Assembly: GCA_964016885.1 (NCBI GenBank)
Contig: OZ024742.1
Location: 72,354,001 to 72,418,000 of the forward strand
From: Eledone cirrhosa
Taxonomy: Eukaryota
Reading direction: 5' to 3'
DNA: 64,000 nt
In this document: piece by piece, positions 52,200 through 64,000 of the stretch
How positions within the stretch are numbered: the stretch's first letter is position 1
Layout: each line of letters opens with the position of its first letter
Notes under the pieces: generated by a model
Told to the model about the DNA's origin: nothing
Database searches by the model: none
What the model saw: the letters and a program-made list of their open reading frames with translations, nothing else
Position numbers and translations under genes: made by a program

Positions 52200-54200
52200 T
52201 GGTTGCCTTTCGATATGATAGATGGACTACGGAATTCTGGAGTCTGAAAAATCTGGACACTCAGTGACAATGCCAAAGATAAAGACAAATTCACCTCATG
52301 CTGCCAAACGAAAATGCAAGGACTCCTCCTCTTTACTTCGGCCGCGAATGGCCAACATAACCCCATCTCCCTCACCCCTCCCTGCGCCCCACCGTTCCCA
52401 CCCACCAAAGGAAATCCAAAATTTCAGAGTTGGTACCATGAATGTACGCACCTTAACAAGGTTGTAGAAATGCTTGAACGTAAGGAGGTTGATGTTTACT
52501 GTATCCAAGAGACCAGGTGGAGGGATGGGTCTGCTAGATTCATTGTGGGTAAAAAACGATGCTATAAACTTTTCTGGGTGGGAAATGACAATGGGCTGGG
52601 CGGAGTAGGAATCATGCTAGCTGAAAAATGGGCAGATAAGATAATAGACGTAAATAGAGTGAACGACAGAATAATTAAAATAAGACTTGTCCTAAATAGA
52701 ACTACTGTGACAATAATATCTGTGTTCGCACCCCAATCCGGACTGCCTGGCGTTATAAAAGACAGATTCTAGGAGTCATTAATGCTCACTACCTCCCAAA
52801 TAACCGACAGTGACTACATAATTATTGCTGGCGACCTAAATGGTCATGTTGGACAACATTGTGACGGCTATGACGGAATCCATGGAGGCTATGGGTTTGG
52901 TACTAGAAATGAGGAAGGCTCCAGAATCCTGGAATTCTGTGACGCAAATAACCTAACTATCTGTAACACTAACTTCAAAAAATGAGACTATCACTTGATC
53001 ACCTATAGATCAGGGGAACACACCAGTCAGATAGATTATATCCTTACCAGAAGACGTGATAGAGTGTCTGTTGTAAACACTAAATCCCTCCCCCATGAAG
53101 AATGCACCTCCCAACATAGACTCATAGTTAGCAACCTCATAGCCAGGACAAGACATACTTGACAACAGAAGAGGACTATCCTCAGGAGAAAAATATGGAA
53201 GTTAAAGGACCCCACAGCCAGTAATAAATTTAAAAGCATATTACTTGATGCTTTTGACAGTAAGGAAGAGCAATTAGAGTCGTACAATACAGAGGAACAG
53301 TGGGAATTCCTGAAGGCTAACTTGCTGAAGGTGACAGATGAAGTCTGTGGCTGGAGCAGACCTATAGGCAGGAGAAGAGTAACGTGGTGGTGGAACAGTA
53401 AGGTGGAGGAGTCAATCAAGGCCAAAAAGCAGGCTTGGAAAGTATGGCGGGAAGGGGGAAGTAGAGAAGACTATCAAGTGGCCAGGAGGGAAGCTAGGAG
53501 ACAAGTGTACTTCAAAAGAAGGGAAGCAGAAGAAAGAAAGTTCAAGCATGTTCTACAACGCGAGGACCAAAAACGTGAGGTGTTCAGGATTGCTAGGCAA
53601 TGTGTCAAAGAAAACCGTGACATTGTCGGGGAGAAGTGTGTCCTTAATGATGATGGTGTACTTGCCATCACTGACGCTGATAAGAAGGTAGCTTGGAAGT
53701 GTCACTACGAAAGGCTACTAGATGAGGTTATAGTCATAACCTCCAAGACAATGTCACTGGACCGAGATCTTTGGTGCTACACAGTAATACAGAAGACCCG
53801 CCTTGCCTAAGTACAAAGTGAAACCTACAGTCAGTAGGCACCTCTTAACCAAAATACACCCCCGTCCCACTAATCCTATCCCCACCGCCATCTACACTAC
53901 CCCTTTCGATGTAAAGCTATGTTGGTACCACAATATCCAGTCCTAAATAAATGAGGTCGTGTAGGCGTCACGACAAAAAAACACACAGTCCACGCTGTAA
54001 TGTGGCCGTGTAGGTAACACGGTAAAAACCTCCCAGTCCACACTGTAAACGTGGTTGGTGTTAGGAAGGGCATCCAGCCGTAGAAAACCCGCCAGACAGT
54101 CCTATACGAGCAAGACAATCAATCTTGCCTCAAGTGGGAAAATTACCGTCCAAACCCATGCTAGCGTGGAAGATGGACATTAAATGATGATGATGATGAT
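52200..54200 (+). mobile_element. RTE LINE retaining the APE domain but deleted for RT, with 3' UTR; intronic and antisense to C9orf72
   Basis: APE motifs VGTMNVRTL, CIQETRW, AGDLNGHVG and QIDYIL. The sequence jumps from CHYERLLDE (~53726) to the C-terminal SKTMSLDRDLW and ends in a (GAT)n tail at ~54185-54200. Confidence 0.9.
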
Positions 54201-55130
54201 ACATTAACTTTGGGTGAATAAAATTACCTACAATGGCTTCATCAACCATAGGCATAGAGTTAATGGTGCATGTTGTGAAGAGAAATGGAATGAGATGGTT
54301 GGATGATGTGTTGAGGAAGGATGAAATTAACTGGATAAGAGGAGTGATAGCAATGAATGTGAAAGGAAGTAGAGGAAGGGAAAGACCAAAAAAGACATGG
54401 CTAAAGATGATGGAAGAAATGAAAAAGTGGTTGGTAAGAGGGAATGCAGATGACAGGAGAAAAGGGACTTAGCTTGGGACTTACAAGACTAATCTGTTTC
54501 AGAAGGGAAAATGGCCTTACAATGCTTGTCATTGTCACCATCTCACTTCAATCAACCATGGGTTAAATCTTACCCACCTTAGCACCATCCACCATAAACT
54601 AAACTTTTCCCTTAAACCCACCTTACCTCCATCCATGGGATTACCATAATCATCACCTATGAAATAAAAAAAATGAAATTTACAGCTTACACCTATGCAA
54701 GTTTAGCAGGCCTCCTATAATGTATCTCATAGGAGGTTTCTCAGGTGTTTTAATGATAGAGGCCCCAGTCCTATCATGAAAAGCGGCATGAAATGAAGCA
54801 TCTTGCTCAAGAACACAATCCACTGCTTGGTCCAGGAACTAGAACCATGACTTTTTAATCATGATTCCAACACTCTAATCACTACCTATGGACTGGTTAA
54901 ACCTTACCCTCAAGCTACCCACATCCAGTCTATCACACATAGGCTGAACTGCACCATTAATCAACCCAAGTAAATTTTTTGTTAAATCTCAGCCTCAATG
55001 ACCCACCTCTGTCTGTCAATGACCAGTCAAATTGACCAACAGTCTACCCATGGTTTAATTTCACCAGCAAACTACCCACCCACAACATAACATTAAACAA
55101 GGGTTAAATGTAACTAACAAAATTACCCAC

Positions 55131-55191
55131 CTCTTTCCGGAGTGTTTTCACAAATGATTCAGCACAGTCTGTAACAGGAACAAAATTTTTA
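55131..55191 (-). CDS. C9orf72: C9orf72 orthologue, 61-bp exon
   Basis: TTTTCCAG acceptor and GTGGGT donor. Encodes (H)KNFVPVTDCAESFVKTLRKE; phase 2 to 0 links the flanking exons exactly. Confidence 0.85.
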
Positions 55192-55472
55192 CTGGAAAAC
55201 AAAGAGATACCAGTGTTATATAGGTAGTAATGGTGATGGATGATACAATTGTAGTGGTGATAGATCTACTACTGACTTAATGGCAGAGAGGATATGCTGA
55301 TGTGGTGGTACTGATGTAATTGGTAATTGTGGTGGTGGATGGTGTAGTTGTACTGGTCATAGACTCACTACTAAGGAGGTGGTAGTATGGAGTGGGTGAT
55401 AGTATAATGGTTCTGGTGGTGACGATGATGATTGTGGTTATGACTATAACTGAAACCAACAGATCTACTCAC

Positions 55473-55669
55473 TGTTTTGTGTAGGATTCGTAATTATCGT
55501 CATAATGTAGACAAATTAGTTCATTCTTCAGCATTTCTTGACGATATGTCTCATGGCTGGAATGGTTAGGAGTCTGCAAGACCCTCTGTAGACTCAAGTC
55601 TATAATAGAACTTGGGTATTTACTGGTCAACATCTCTTTCATCAGGTGAGAGATCTTGCTACCTGGTTC
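55473..55669 (-). CDS. C9orf72: C9orf72 orthologue, 197-bp exon
   Basis: TTTTCAG acceptor and GTGAGT donor. Encodes EPGSKISHLMKEMLTSKYPSSIIDLSLQRVLQTPNHSSHETYRQEMLKNELICL.. (cf. human QVMYAPYPTTHIDVDVNTVKQMPPCHEHIYNQRRYMRSEL). Confidence 0.9.
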
Positions 55670-57152
55670 CTGAAAATATCAACAAAGTATATAAACAACA
55701 CTTACATTGTTCAGAATTTCTTTCTTTGTGCATGCAGAATTTTAAAAAAAATTAATTTAATCATTTACAATTTAAACTATGTAAAAATAAAAATAAAATG
55801 TCTTACCATTTAAAAATATGTACTTTTAAATACGACATTAATTACCATAATGTAATTATCGAAAGTATAAATAAGACTTCAATTATAAATAGAAATTAAT
55901 TTAAGAATCTTTTAGTAAACGTATTTGAATTTTTATATTCGATATTATACAGTTATTAAGGTTATTAATTGGCAGGATATCAGAATGTCAGAGACAATGT
56001 TTTTGCAATATTTGTTTTGACGCCCAGCTCACTGAGTTCAAATCCTACTAAGGTCACCTTTGCTTTTCATCTTTACAAGGTTAATAAATAAAGTACCAGT
56101 TTAATACTGGGGTCTTTTCTTCTATTTCTTTCTATCACTTTCTTTTTCTCTCTCCCTCTCTCATTCTCTGAAAGAAATCAGTTGTATTCAGACCTGAAGA
56201 TAGATGGGCCTACCAAGTTAAAAATTCCTCTGACAGTACACCTACAACTCCATCAAGATTTCAGGGCCTATGGATGGATATCCAGTTTAGAATAGATACA
56301 TTGTCTCCCTGTGTACCATAAGAGGGTACCAGGAACAGCATCACATGATGAGCATGACAAAGATAATCCTCTTTGTAGCAAGGGAAAATAGACATAAAAC
56401 ACTGCTTCTTTCTTTAACAATAGTGGCTTCCTTTATCGGTTTTGACTTTAAAAGGAAAAAAATGTTCTCTTCTTTGCCCACTTATTCCTGAGAGAGTTAT
56501 GTGGGCAGGGTTCTCAAACACTTCTTCCAGCAGGTCCTATCAGAAGCAAATGTCTCCCAACTGATCCAGCTGGATCCCCAAGCGTGACCAGCCAAGCTCA
56601 TGGATGATATCCAACCATCTTGCTCAGGGTCTACCACTGGGTCTCCTGCCAGTTGGTTTTGCTTGTAAAATCTGTCCAGTGATTCTTTCCTGAGAAATTC
56701 TAATCACATGCTTATAGTATTGGAGCTGTGATCTCTTAATTTGAAGAAGTAGTGGCTCCACCTGGAGTAATTCTCTGAACTCCAAGCTACACACTCTACC
56801 GAGTAATGTTATTCTACAGTGAATTTTCTAATTCACACCAAGGAAATTATGTTCCCACTGGTTCTTCCATAGTTGATATTATCTGTTGGTTACAACTCCA
56901 GACAGAAGTGTCACCACTTTTTTAGTGACAGGAAGCAGCATTTGACCTCAGAATGCACCAAGCTGGAACAGACACTGCCTTAATAATCCCACTACCCCTG
57001 CACTTGTATTTTTTTTTTTTTACTTTCAAAGGATGAAAGACAAAATTGACTTTGATAGGATTTGAACTCACAACAGAGAGAGTTGGCACAAATATCACAA
57101 AGCATTCTTCCTTATGCCCTAACAACTCTGCCATTTCTCTATCTTGAAACAC

Positions 57153-58780
57153 TGACATTGATATTATAAATAACATTAGTGAAGTGGAGCTGCTATACAA
57201 AAGTGATGAATAATTACTGGATGTTTCACATCTGAGCAATATCCCACATGTATCATAACACAACTAAACTTTTAAGGTCATTTTCCCTGCTCATGAGAAG
57301 ATGTAAGATTTCACTTATATTTAACAGTGCACAGCATGACTTACAATATCTATATTCACATATGAAAATAGTGATAATGAAATATAATATAATATCTGTT
57401 GTAGTTTGATGGTTAGTCAGGGCATTTCTTCATGACTTGTCTTTGCTTCTATTTCAGGTGTAGGAACAACAAAAGGAAGTTTGAACTGAAATGTTTTAAC
57501 AAAACAAAATGAGGTTACAACATTACCTGCCTCCCAGCAGATCACTTGTATAACATAAAGGAAGTTTGATAGCTCATCATGAGCACATTGTACAAGATGA
57601 TGTGAGAGAATAGTTTCTGTGGAGATGTGGATGATTTTTAGCAAGATGATTTTGAAGGAGAAACCATAGCTGTTGGGGTCCCTGGTTGAAGCAGAGCATT
57701 CGGGGGTAGGTTTGTTGTGGTTGTAGATTCTATGTAGGCAGGTTTAAGCCTGTCGATAGAGACTTTTTCTTGTTTTCAGTTCATGTCTAGCTAAAAGTAC
57801 TTGTCACTCCTTTTAAGAATTTTGAATGGTCTATATGGTCTCTGAAGTGGGTGCCTGTGTTCATCGCGTCTTACACAAAATCTGATGATGCAAGATTATT
57901 TAGAAAATAAGATGATGTGTTGCCATGAAACTGAGGTTGAGTTGGTTGTAAAGAGTGCATTGTCTTTTTCAACTGTTTCAAAAAAGAAGAATCTGGTTCA
58001 ATAGTGAGATGGGCTGTATCATTTCTCCAGGAAAGTGAAGTGATAATCAATAAACTAGTTTAGCTGATGAGCAATCAATTGTAAATTTCCAAGATGACCA
58101 GAGACCAAACAGGAATATTGGTAGCTCATAATACCAATTAGTTCTTGAAGCACTGGCTTTGATTGCAGCTTTCGGTTGGCAGTGGAAGCATTCTATTATT
58201 CCATTTGCCTATGGATGATAGCTTGTAGTGGCATGTCTAGAGATGTGTCCAAAATGTTGATGTAAATTGTGGATCTCTATCTGATGTTATATCTACTGGA
58301 ATGCCAAAGAAAGATATCCAATGATGTTCACCGTGAGCATTTTGAAGGGGAATAGCTTCTGGCCATCTTGTAAATCTAACAATGATTGTAAAGATGTATG
58401 TCATTCTATTAGTGGATGGTAAATAATCAACAAGATCCACATGTAGACTTTGAAATCTTGCTGTAGGGGCTTGATGTTCTTTTAATGGGGCTCTGGCATG
58501 TATGTGCACTTTGAAGATTTGACAAGCGTGACATTCTTTGCACCACTTTCTAATGACTTTCCACATTCCAGTCCACACAAAATGTTTGCAGATTGCATGT
58601 TGGGTAGAATGAACGCTTGCATGAGAAAGTTTGTGAAAACAGTAAAAAATCTTTTTATAACTTGTCTTTGCTTCCATTTCGGGTGTAGGAACAACAAAAG
58701 GAAGTAGTAAGAGTTATCCAACTTGGAATTAAAAAGTTTGAACTAAAAATGTTTTAACAGCACGAAATGAGGTTGCAACA
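57153..58780 (-). mobile_element. Internally deleted, decayed Gypsy element (integrase only)
   Basis: Integrase relic CKECHACQ..LHVDLV..RFTRWPEAIPL..ITSDRDPQFTS. Duplicated LTR segments at 57437-57522 and 58661-58780 (both end AACA on the plus strand); PPT-like tract at 57523-57538. The left boundary is uncertain. Confidence 0.75.
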
Positions 58781-58849
58781 AACAAAAGGATACAACCTAC
58801 TGGTTAGAGTGTTAAGCTCGTGATCACAATGTTGTGAGTTCGATTCTCG

Positions 58850-59128
58850 GGAGTGTACTGGGTGCATTCTATCAAAGCACCAACACTACTACTTTACAGA
58901 CTGTACTGAGTGCATTCTATCAAAGCACCAACACTACTAATTTACAGAGTGTACTGGGTGCATTTTATCATGGCACCAGCACTACTAATTTACAGAGTGT
59001 ATTGGGTGAATTTTATCAAGGCACCAGCACTACTATTTTCCAGAGTGTATTGGGTGTGTTCTATCATGGCACCACACTACTATTTTACAGAGTGTACTGG
59101 GTGCATTTTATCACGACACCAACACTAG
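58850..59128. repeat. 48-bp minisatellite, about 6 copies
   Basis: Unit TTTACAGAGTGTACTGGGTGCATTTTATCATGGCACCAGCACTACTAA; it resembles the reverse complement of the RTE/SINE tail motif CCCAGTCCACACTGTAAA. Confidence 0.85.
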
Positions 59129-61795
59129 ATAAGTTGTCATATGCTCAGCCAGAGTGAAGAGTCCTCTCTACTTAATATTGCCTCTGTTTGACTGCCACTA
59201 ATAACACTGGTCTACAAGGTTTTTGGTGTTTAGGAAATAGACATCATTCCTATACAAAATCGGTCTCCTGAATCCAAATATAACCTTCTTTTTGTCCTAT
59301 CAGATCTAGTTTTTAAGTTATTGGAGATTGCTTCAAGTATATCTGCAATGTATTTCCAGACATGATGATTGAAAAACTTACAGCAGGGGTTTTTGATGGA
59401 CCACAGATCTGTAAGCTCTTGAAGGACACAAATTTCGTGAAAACGATGAGTGAAAATGAAGCATCAGCTTGGCTCGCCTTTGCAGTAGTAGTGCAAAATT
59501 TCCTTGGGAAACACAAAAGTGAAAACTATAAAGATCTTGTTACCAACTTGATATCAACTTTTCGTGATATTGGCACGGATATGAGCATCAAAATGCGTTA
59601 TCTTTTTAGTCATCTTGATCGTTTTCCTGAAAATCTCAGAAATGTTAGCGATGAACAAGGTGAACGATTCCATCAAGACATCAAGGAGATGGAAACTCGG
59701 TACCAAGGACGTTGGGATGCTGTGATGCTGGCAGACTACTGCTGGTGTTTAAAACGAGATACTCCTGTTGCTCAACATTCACGGTGCTCAAAGACGCGTA
59801 AATTTATTCCTTGAATTTTCTGCCAAAAATCTTTGCCAATGTGCATTTTTAATTTTGAATTTTTATTTGTACTTTGTTTTGTTTTGTGTTATGATCTCTT
59901 CATTGATTTATATTATATGCCTCTTGTATGAATAAAATACTTACTCTATCGGGTCTAGTTTTCTGACTAGACCTGATAGAGAAAAATAAGTTGTCATATG
60001 CTCAGCCAGAGTGAAGAGTCCTCTCTACTTAATATTGCCTCTGTTTGACTGCCACTAATAACACTGGTCTACAAGGTTTTTGGTGTTTAGGAAATAGACA
60101 TCATTCCTATACAAAATCGGTCTCCTGAATCCAAATATAACCTTCTTTTTGTCCTATCAGATCTAGTTTTTAAGTTATTGGAGATTGCTTCAAGTATATC
60201 TGCAATGTATTTCCAGGCATGATGATTGAAAAACTTACAGCAGGGGTTTTTGATGGACCACAGATCTGTAAGCTCTTGAAGGACACAAATTTCGTGAAAA
60301 CGATGAGTGAAAATGAAGCATCAGCTTGGCTCGCCTTTGCAGTAGTAGTGCAAAATTTCCTTGGGAAACACAAAAGTGAAAACTATAAAGATCTTGTTAC
60401 CAACTTGATATCAACTTTTCGTGATATTGGCACGGATATGAGCATCAAAATGCGTTATCTTTTTAGTCATCTTGATCGTTTTCCTGAAAATCTCAGAAAT
60501 GTTAGCGATGAACAAGGTGAACGATTCCATCAAGACATCAAGGAGATGGAAACTCGGTACCAAGGACGTTGGGATGCTGTGATGCTGGCAGACTACTGCT
60601 GGTGTTTAAAACGAGATACTCCTGTTGCTCAACATTCACGGTGCTCAAAGACGCGTAAATTTATTCCTTGAATTTTCTGCCAAAAATCTTTGCCAATGTG
60701 CATTTTTAATTTTGAATTTTTATTTGTACTTTGTTTTGTTTTGTGTTATGATCTCTTCATTGATTTATATTATATGCCTCTTGTATGAATAAAATACTTA
60801 CTCTATCGGGTCTAGTTTTCTGACTAGACCTGATAGAGAAAAATAAGTTGTCATATGCTCAGCCAGAGTGAAGAGTCCTCTCTACTTAATATTGCCTCTG
60901 TTTGACTGCCACTAATAACACTGGTCTACAAGGTTTTTGGTGTTTAGGAAATAGACATCATTCCTATACAAAATCGGTCTCCTGAATCCAAATATAACCT
61001 TCTTTTTGTCCTATCAGATCTAGTTTTTAAGTTATTGGAGATTGCTTCAAGTATATCTGCAATGTATTTCCAGACATGATGATTGAAAAACTTACAGCAG
61101 GGGTTTTTGATGGACCACAGATCTGTAAGCTCTTGAAGGACACAAATTTCGTGAAAACGATGAGTGAAAATGAAGCATCAGCTTGGCTCGCCTTTGCAGT
61201 AGTAGTGCAAAATTTCCTTGGGAAACACAAAAGTGAAAACTATAAAGATCTTGTTACCAACTTGATATCAACTTTTCGTGATATTGGCACGGATATGAGC
61301 ATCAAAATGCGTTATCTTTTTAGTCATCTTGATCGTTTTCCTGAAAATCTCAGAAATGTTAGCGATGAACAAGGTGAACGATTCCATCAAGACATCAAGG
61401 AGATGGAAACTCGGTACCAAGGACGTTGGGATGCTGTGATGCTGGCAGACTACTGCTGGTGTTTAAAACGAGATACTCCTGTTGCTCAACATTCACGGTG
61501 CTCAAAGACGCGTAAATTTATTCCTTGAATTTTCTGCCAAAAATCTTTGCCAATGTGCATTTTTAATTTTGAATTTTTATTTGTACTTTGTTTTGTTTTG
61601 TGTTATGATCTCTTCATTGATTTATATTATATGCCTCTTGTATGAATAAAATACTTACTCTATCGGGTCTAGTTTTCTGACTAGACCTGATAGAGAAAAA
61701 TTGAAGTTATTTATGAATTTAGCAAGCAAAATCACTTAAGAATTCGTTGAAATATTCCAGGCACCAGACAAAAAAATTTTTCTTGTTGCCCAGTG
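59129..61795 (+). mobile_element. Non-autonomous Chapaev3-like (CMC) DNA transposon in an 857-bp tandem triplication
   Basis: Termini TAA|CACTGG (59205) and CCCAGTG|TAA (61795). Three identical 150-aa transposase C-terminal ORFs (GVFDGPQI, SHLDRFPENL..SDEQGERFHQDI, MLADYCW). Units start at 59129, 59986 and 60843. The family assignment is from memory of these motifs. Confidence 0.8.
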
Positions 61796-61868
61796 TAATC
61801 AGATAATTAATTGATTAAATAAGAAAAAATACTTTAAAAGCTCATAAACAAAACAATAAATAACTTAC

Positions 61869-61991
61869 AGCAACAATACCTTGAAGAAAAAGATCATGGT
61901 GATATGGCCACATCTTGCCAGACTGGTCCAAGACACGACGGGAACACAACCTCTCTTCTGGGCTGTTAAATAATGCCAATGTGTTGATAAC
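61869..61991 (-). CDS. C9orf72: C9orf72 orthologue, 123-bp exon (most 5' exon found in the window)
   Basis: AAG acceptor after a pyrimidine tract and GTAAGT donor. Encodes VINTLALFNSPEERLCSRRVLDQSGKMWPYHHDLFLQGIVA (cf. human IVRTLCLFLTPAERKCSRL..YESGLFVQGLLK). Confidence 0.9.
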
Positions 61992-62439
61992 CTTTCATAA
62001 AGAGGAAAATAATAATCAAAATCTGGATTGTCTTTTCATGTTTGGTTAATTAATTGACAATAAAAAAAAATGAACACATAAGGTGAGGTATAAGGTCTTT
62101 ACATTGAATAGGAATATTGAATATCAGATATCAAATTTATTGTATATGGATAGTTTACATAAAATATTAATCAACCATAATACTACGCCATATGTATATA
62201 TAATTGTTTCTACTTTTGGCACAAGGCCAGCTATTACCCCAGTGTATTACTGGTACTTTATTTTATCGACCCTGTAAGGATGAAAGGCAAAGTTAACCTC
62301 GGTGGGATTTGAACTCAGAATGGCAAGGGCCGTAACTCAATACGTCCGACCCTCTACCGATACTGCCAATCCACCGCCCTTATGTATATATAATATATAT
62401 ATATCATCATTTAAAGCCCATCATTTAATGGCGCTATGC

Positions 62440-63572
62440 AGTTGTACGGAAGACCCGCCTTGCATACAAACCTACAGTCAGTAGGCACCTCTTAACCCAA
62501 TATACACCCCACCCCACACACCCGACCCCATCTTCCCATTTCCGTCCACTGTGTCAGTGAGACCTGGGCATTGTGTGCAGAGGATATACGCAGACTGGAG
62601 AGGAATGAAGCTTGCATGCTCCGCTGGATGTGTAATAGTAATATACGTGAACGGCAAAGCATAAACGAACTAAGGGAGAAATTAGGAATAAGAGGGATCA
62701 GATGTTTACTCGAGAGAAGACTACGTTGGTATGGTCACGTGATGCGCATGAAAGACGACAGCTGTATAAAAAAGTGCAGGGCGATCAAAATAGACCGTAG
62801 CCACGGAGTAGGCAGACCCAGAAAAACCTGGGACGACTTGATAAATTCCGACCTCACACACTTACACCTTTCCAAGACAATGTCACTGGACCGAGATCTT
62901 TGGCGATACACAGTAATACAGAAGACCCGCCTTGCCTAAGTACAAAGCGAAACCTACAGTCAGTAGGCACCTCTAACAAAAACACACCCCGTCCCACTAC
63001 CCCCACCCCATCCACACCACCCCTTTCAATGTAAAGTTATGTTGGTACTACAACATCCAGGCCGAAACAAATGAGGTCGTGTAGGTGTCACGACAAAAAA
63101 ACACAGTCCACGCTGTAATGTGGCCGTGTAGGTAACACGGTAAAAACCTCCCAGTTCCACACTGTAAATGTGGTTGGTGTTAGGAAGGGCATCCAGCCGT
63201 AGAAAACCCGCCAGACAGTCCTATACGAGCAAGACAACCAATCTTGCCTCAAGTGGGAAAATTCCCGTCCAAACCCATGCAAGCGTGGAAGATGGACGTT
63301 AAACGATGATGATGATGATGAGTCGGTGGCACAACAAAAAGCACCCAGTCCACACTGTAAAGTGGTCGTGTAGGAGACACAGTAAAAAGGCTCCCAGTCC
63401 ACACTGTAAATGTGGTTGGTGTTAGGAAGGGCATCAAGCCGTAGAAAACCTGCCAGAGACAGTTCTGTATGAGCGAGACATGGTCTCCTGACCAATCCCG
63501 CATCAAATGAAACAAAACCGTCTAACCCCATGCTAGCATGGAAGATGGACGTTAAAAGATGATGTTGATGAT
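62440..63572 (+). mobile_element. RTE LINE 3' fragments with duplicated 3' UTR modules
   Basis: 62555-63320 is highly similar to 37950-38700. A short upstream tail piece lies at ~62440-62540 and a second tail module at 63325-63572. Confidence 0.88.
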
Positions 63573-63574
63573 TC

Positions 63575-64000
63575 CACGCTAGCATGGGATAGACGGGTTG
63601 TCCCATTAGAGGCAAGTTGGGTCAGGTGACAGTGTCTTGCTCATATGGAACTGTTTCTGGCTAGGTTTCTACGGTTGATGCCCTTCTCAATGCCAACCAC
63701 ATTTACAGTGTATGCCAGGTGCTTTATGTTGTGACCACCACACAACCACCTTACAGTGTGGGTTGAGTGCTTTTTGTCGGGACACCCACATTTTACAGTC
63801 TATACATCTCTCAGCAAGGAGCATTCCTACTCCACCCAGAATAATTTGTTTCATTGTCTTTTGCCTGTGATGAATCTGGCTGAAGCACCCCTCCACTTAC
63901 TTCTTGCACACAACACACATCTACTCGTCTCCTCCCTAGCATCCCCACAACCTCACCATTCTCCCAACATTGATGGTGACAAATCTTAAGTTCTGCATTT
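63575..64000 (-). pseudogene. Decayed, deleted RTE copy on the minus strand
   Basis: Reverse-complement RTE tail (63575-63800) joined to an APE N-terminal relic (EVVGMLGRRRVDVCCVQEV). Confidence 0.65.

Noticed and set aside
52140-52360. HDV-like ribozyme in the RTE 5' region
   Set aside because: I could not build the nested double pseudoknot by eye; it needs a descriptor search.
59362-61528. Three-copy host gene family (150-aa ORFs)
   Set aside because: The ORFs are transposase C-terminal fragments inside CAC..GTG termini with a TAA TSD.

Overview
Eukaryotic, AT-rich, microsatellite- and transposon-dominated DNA. The SINE/RTE repertoire suggests an octopod cephalopod, but that is an inference and was not verified. 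The only host gene I can support is the 3' part of a C9orf72 orthologue on the minus strand: five GT-AG exons at 61869-61991, 55473-55669, 55131-55191, 49532-49656 and 48302-48485 join in frame into 229 aa ending at a stop. The remainder is mostly nested, decayed mobile DNA: two Helitron Rep/Hel relics; a complete Gypsy LTR element (22333-28835, 4-bp TSD) and a solo LTR both inserted in one CR1-type LINE; a rearranged Gypsy with five tandem tRNA-Trp primer-binding sites; a CRE-like RLE retrotransposon with an N-terminal PHD finger inside a Tigger relic; several RTE LINEs; a Penelope-like RT with decayed hammerhead-like motifs; a triplicated Chapaev3-like element; a 1.37-kb foldback; MITEs; and tRNA SINEs. 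I found no convincing wholly new multi-gene system. The most unusual signals are the tandem PBS array, the recurrent non-canonical TGTAG...CTAAA LTR ends, the PHD-bearing CRE element and the hairpin-bounded 857-bp triplication.
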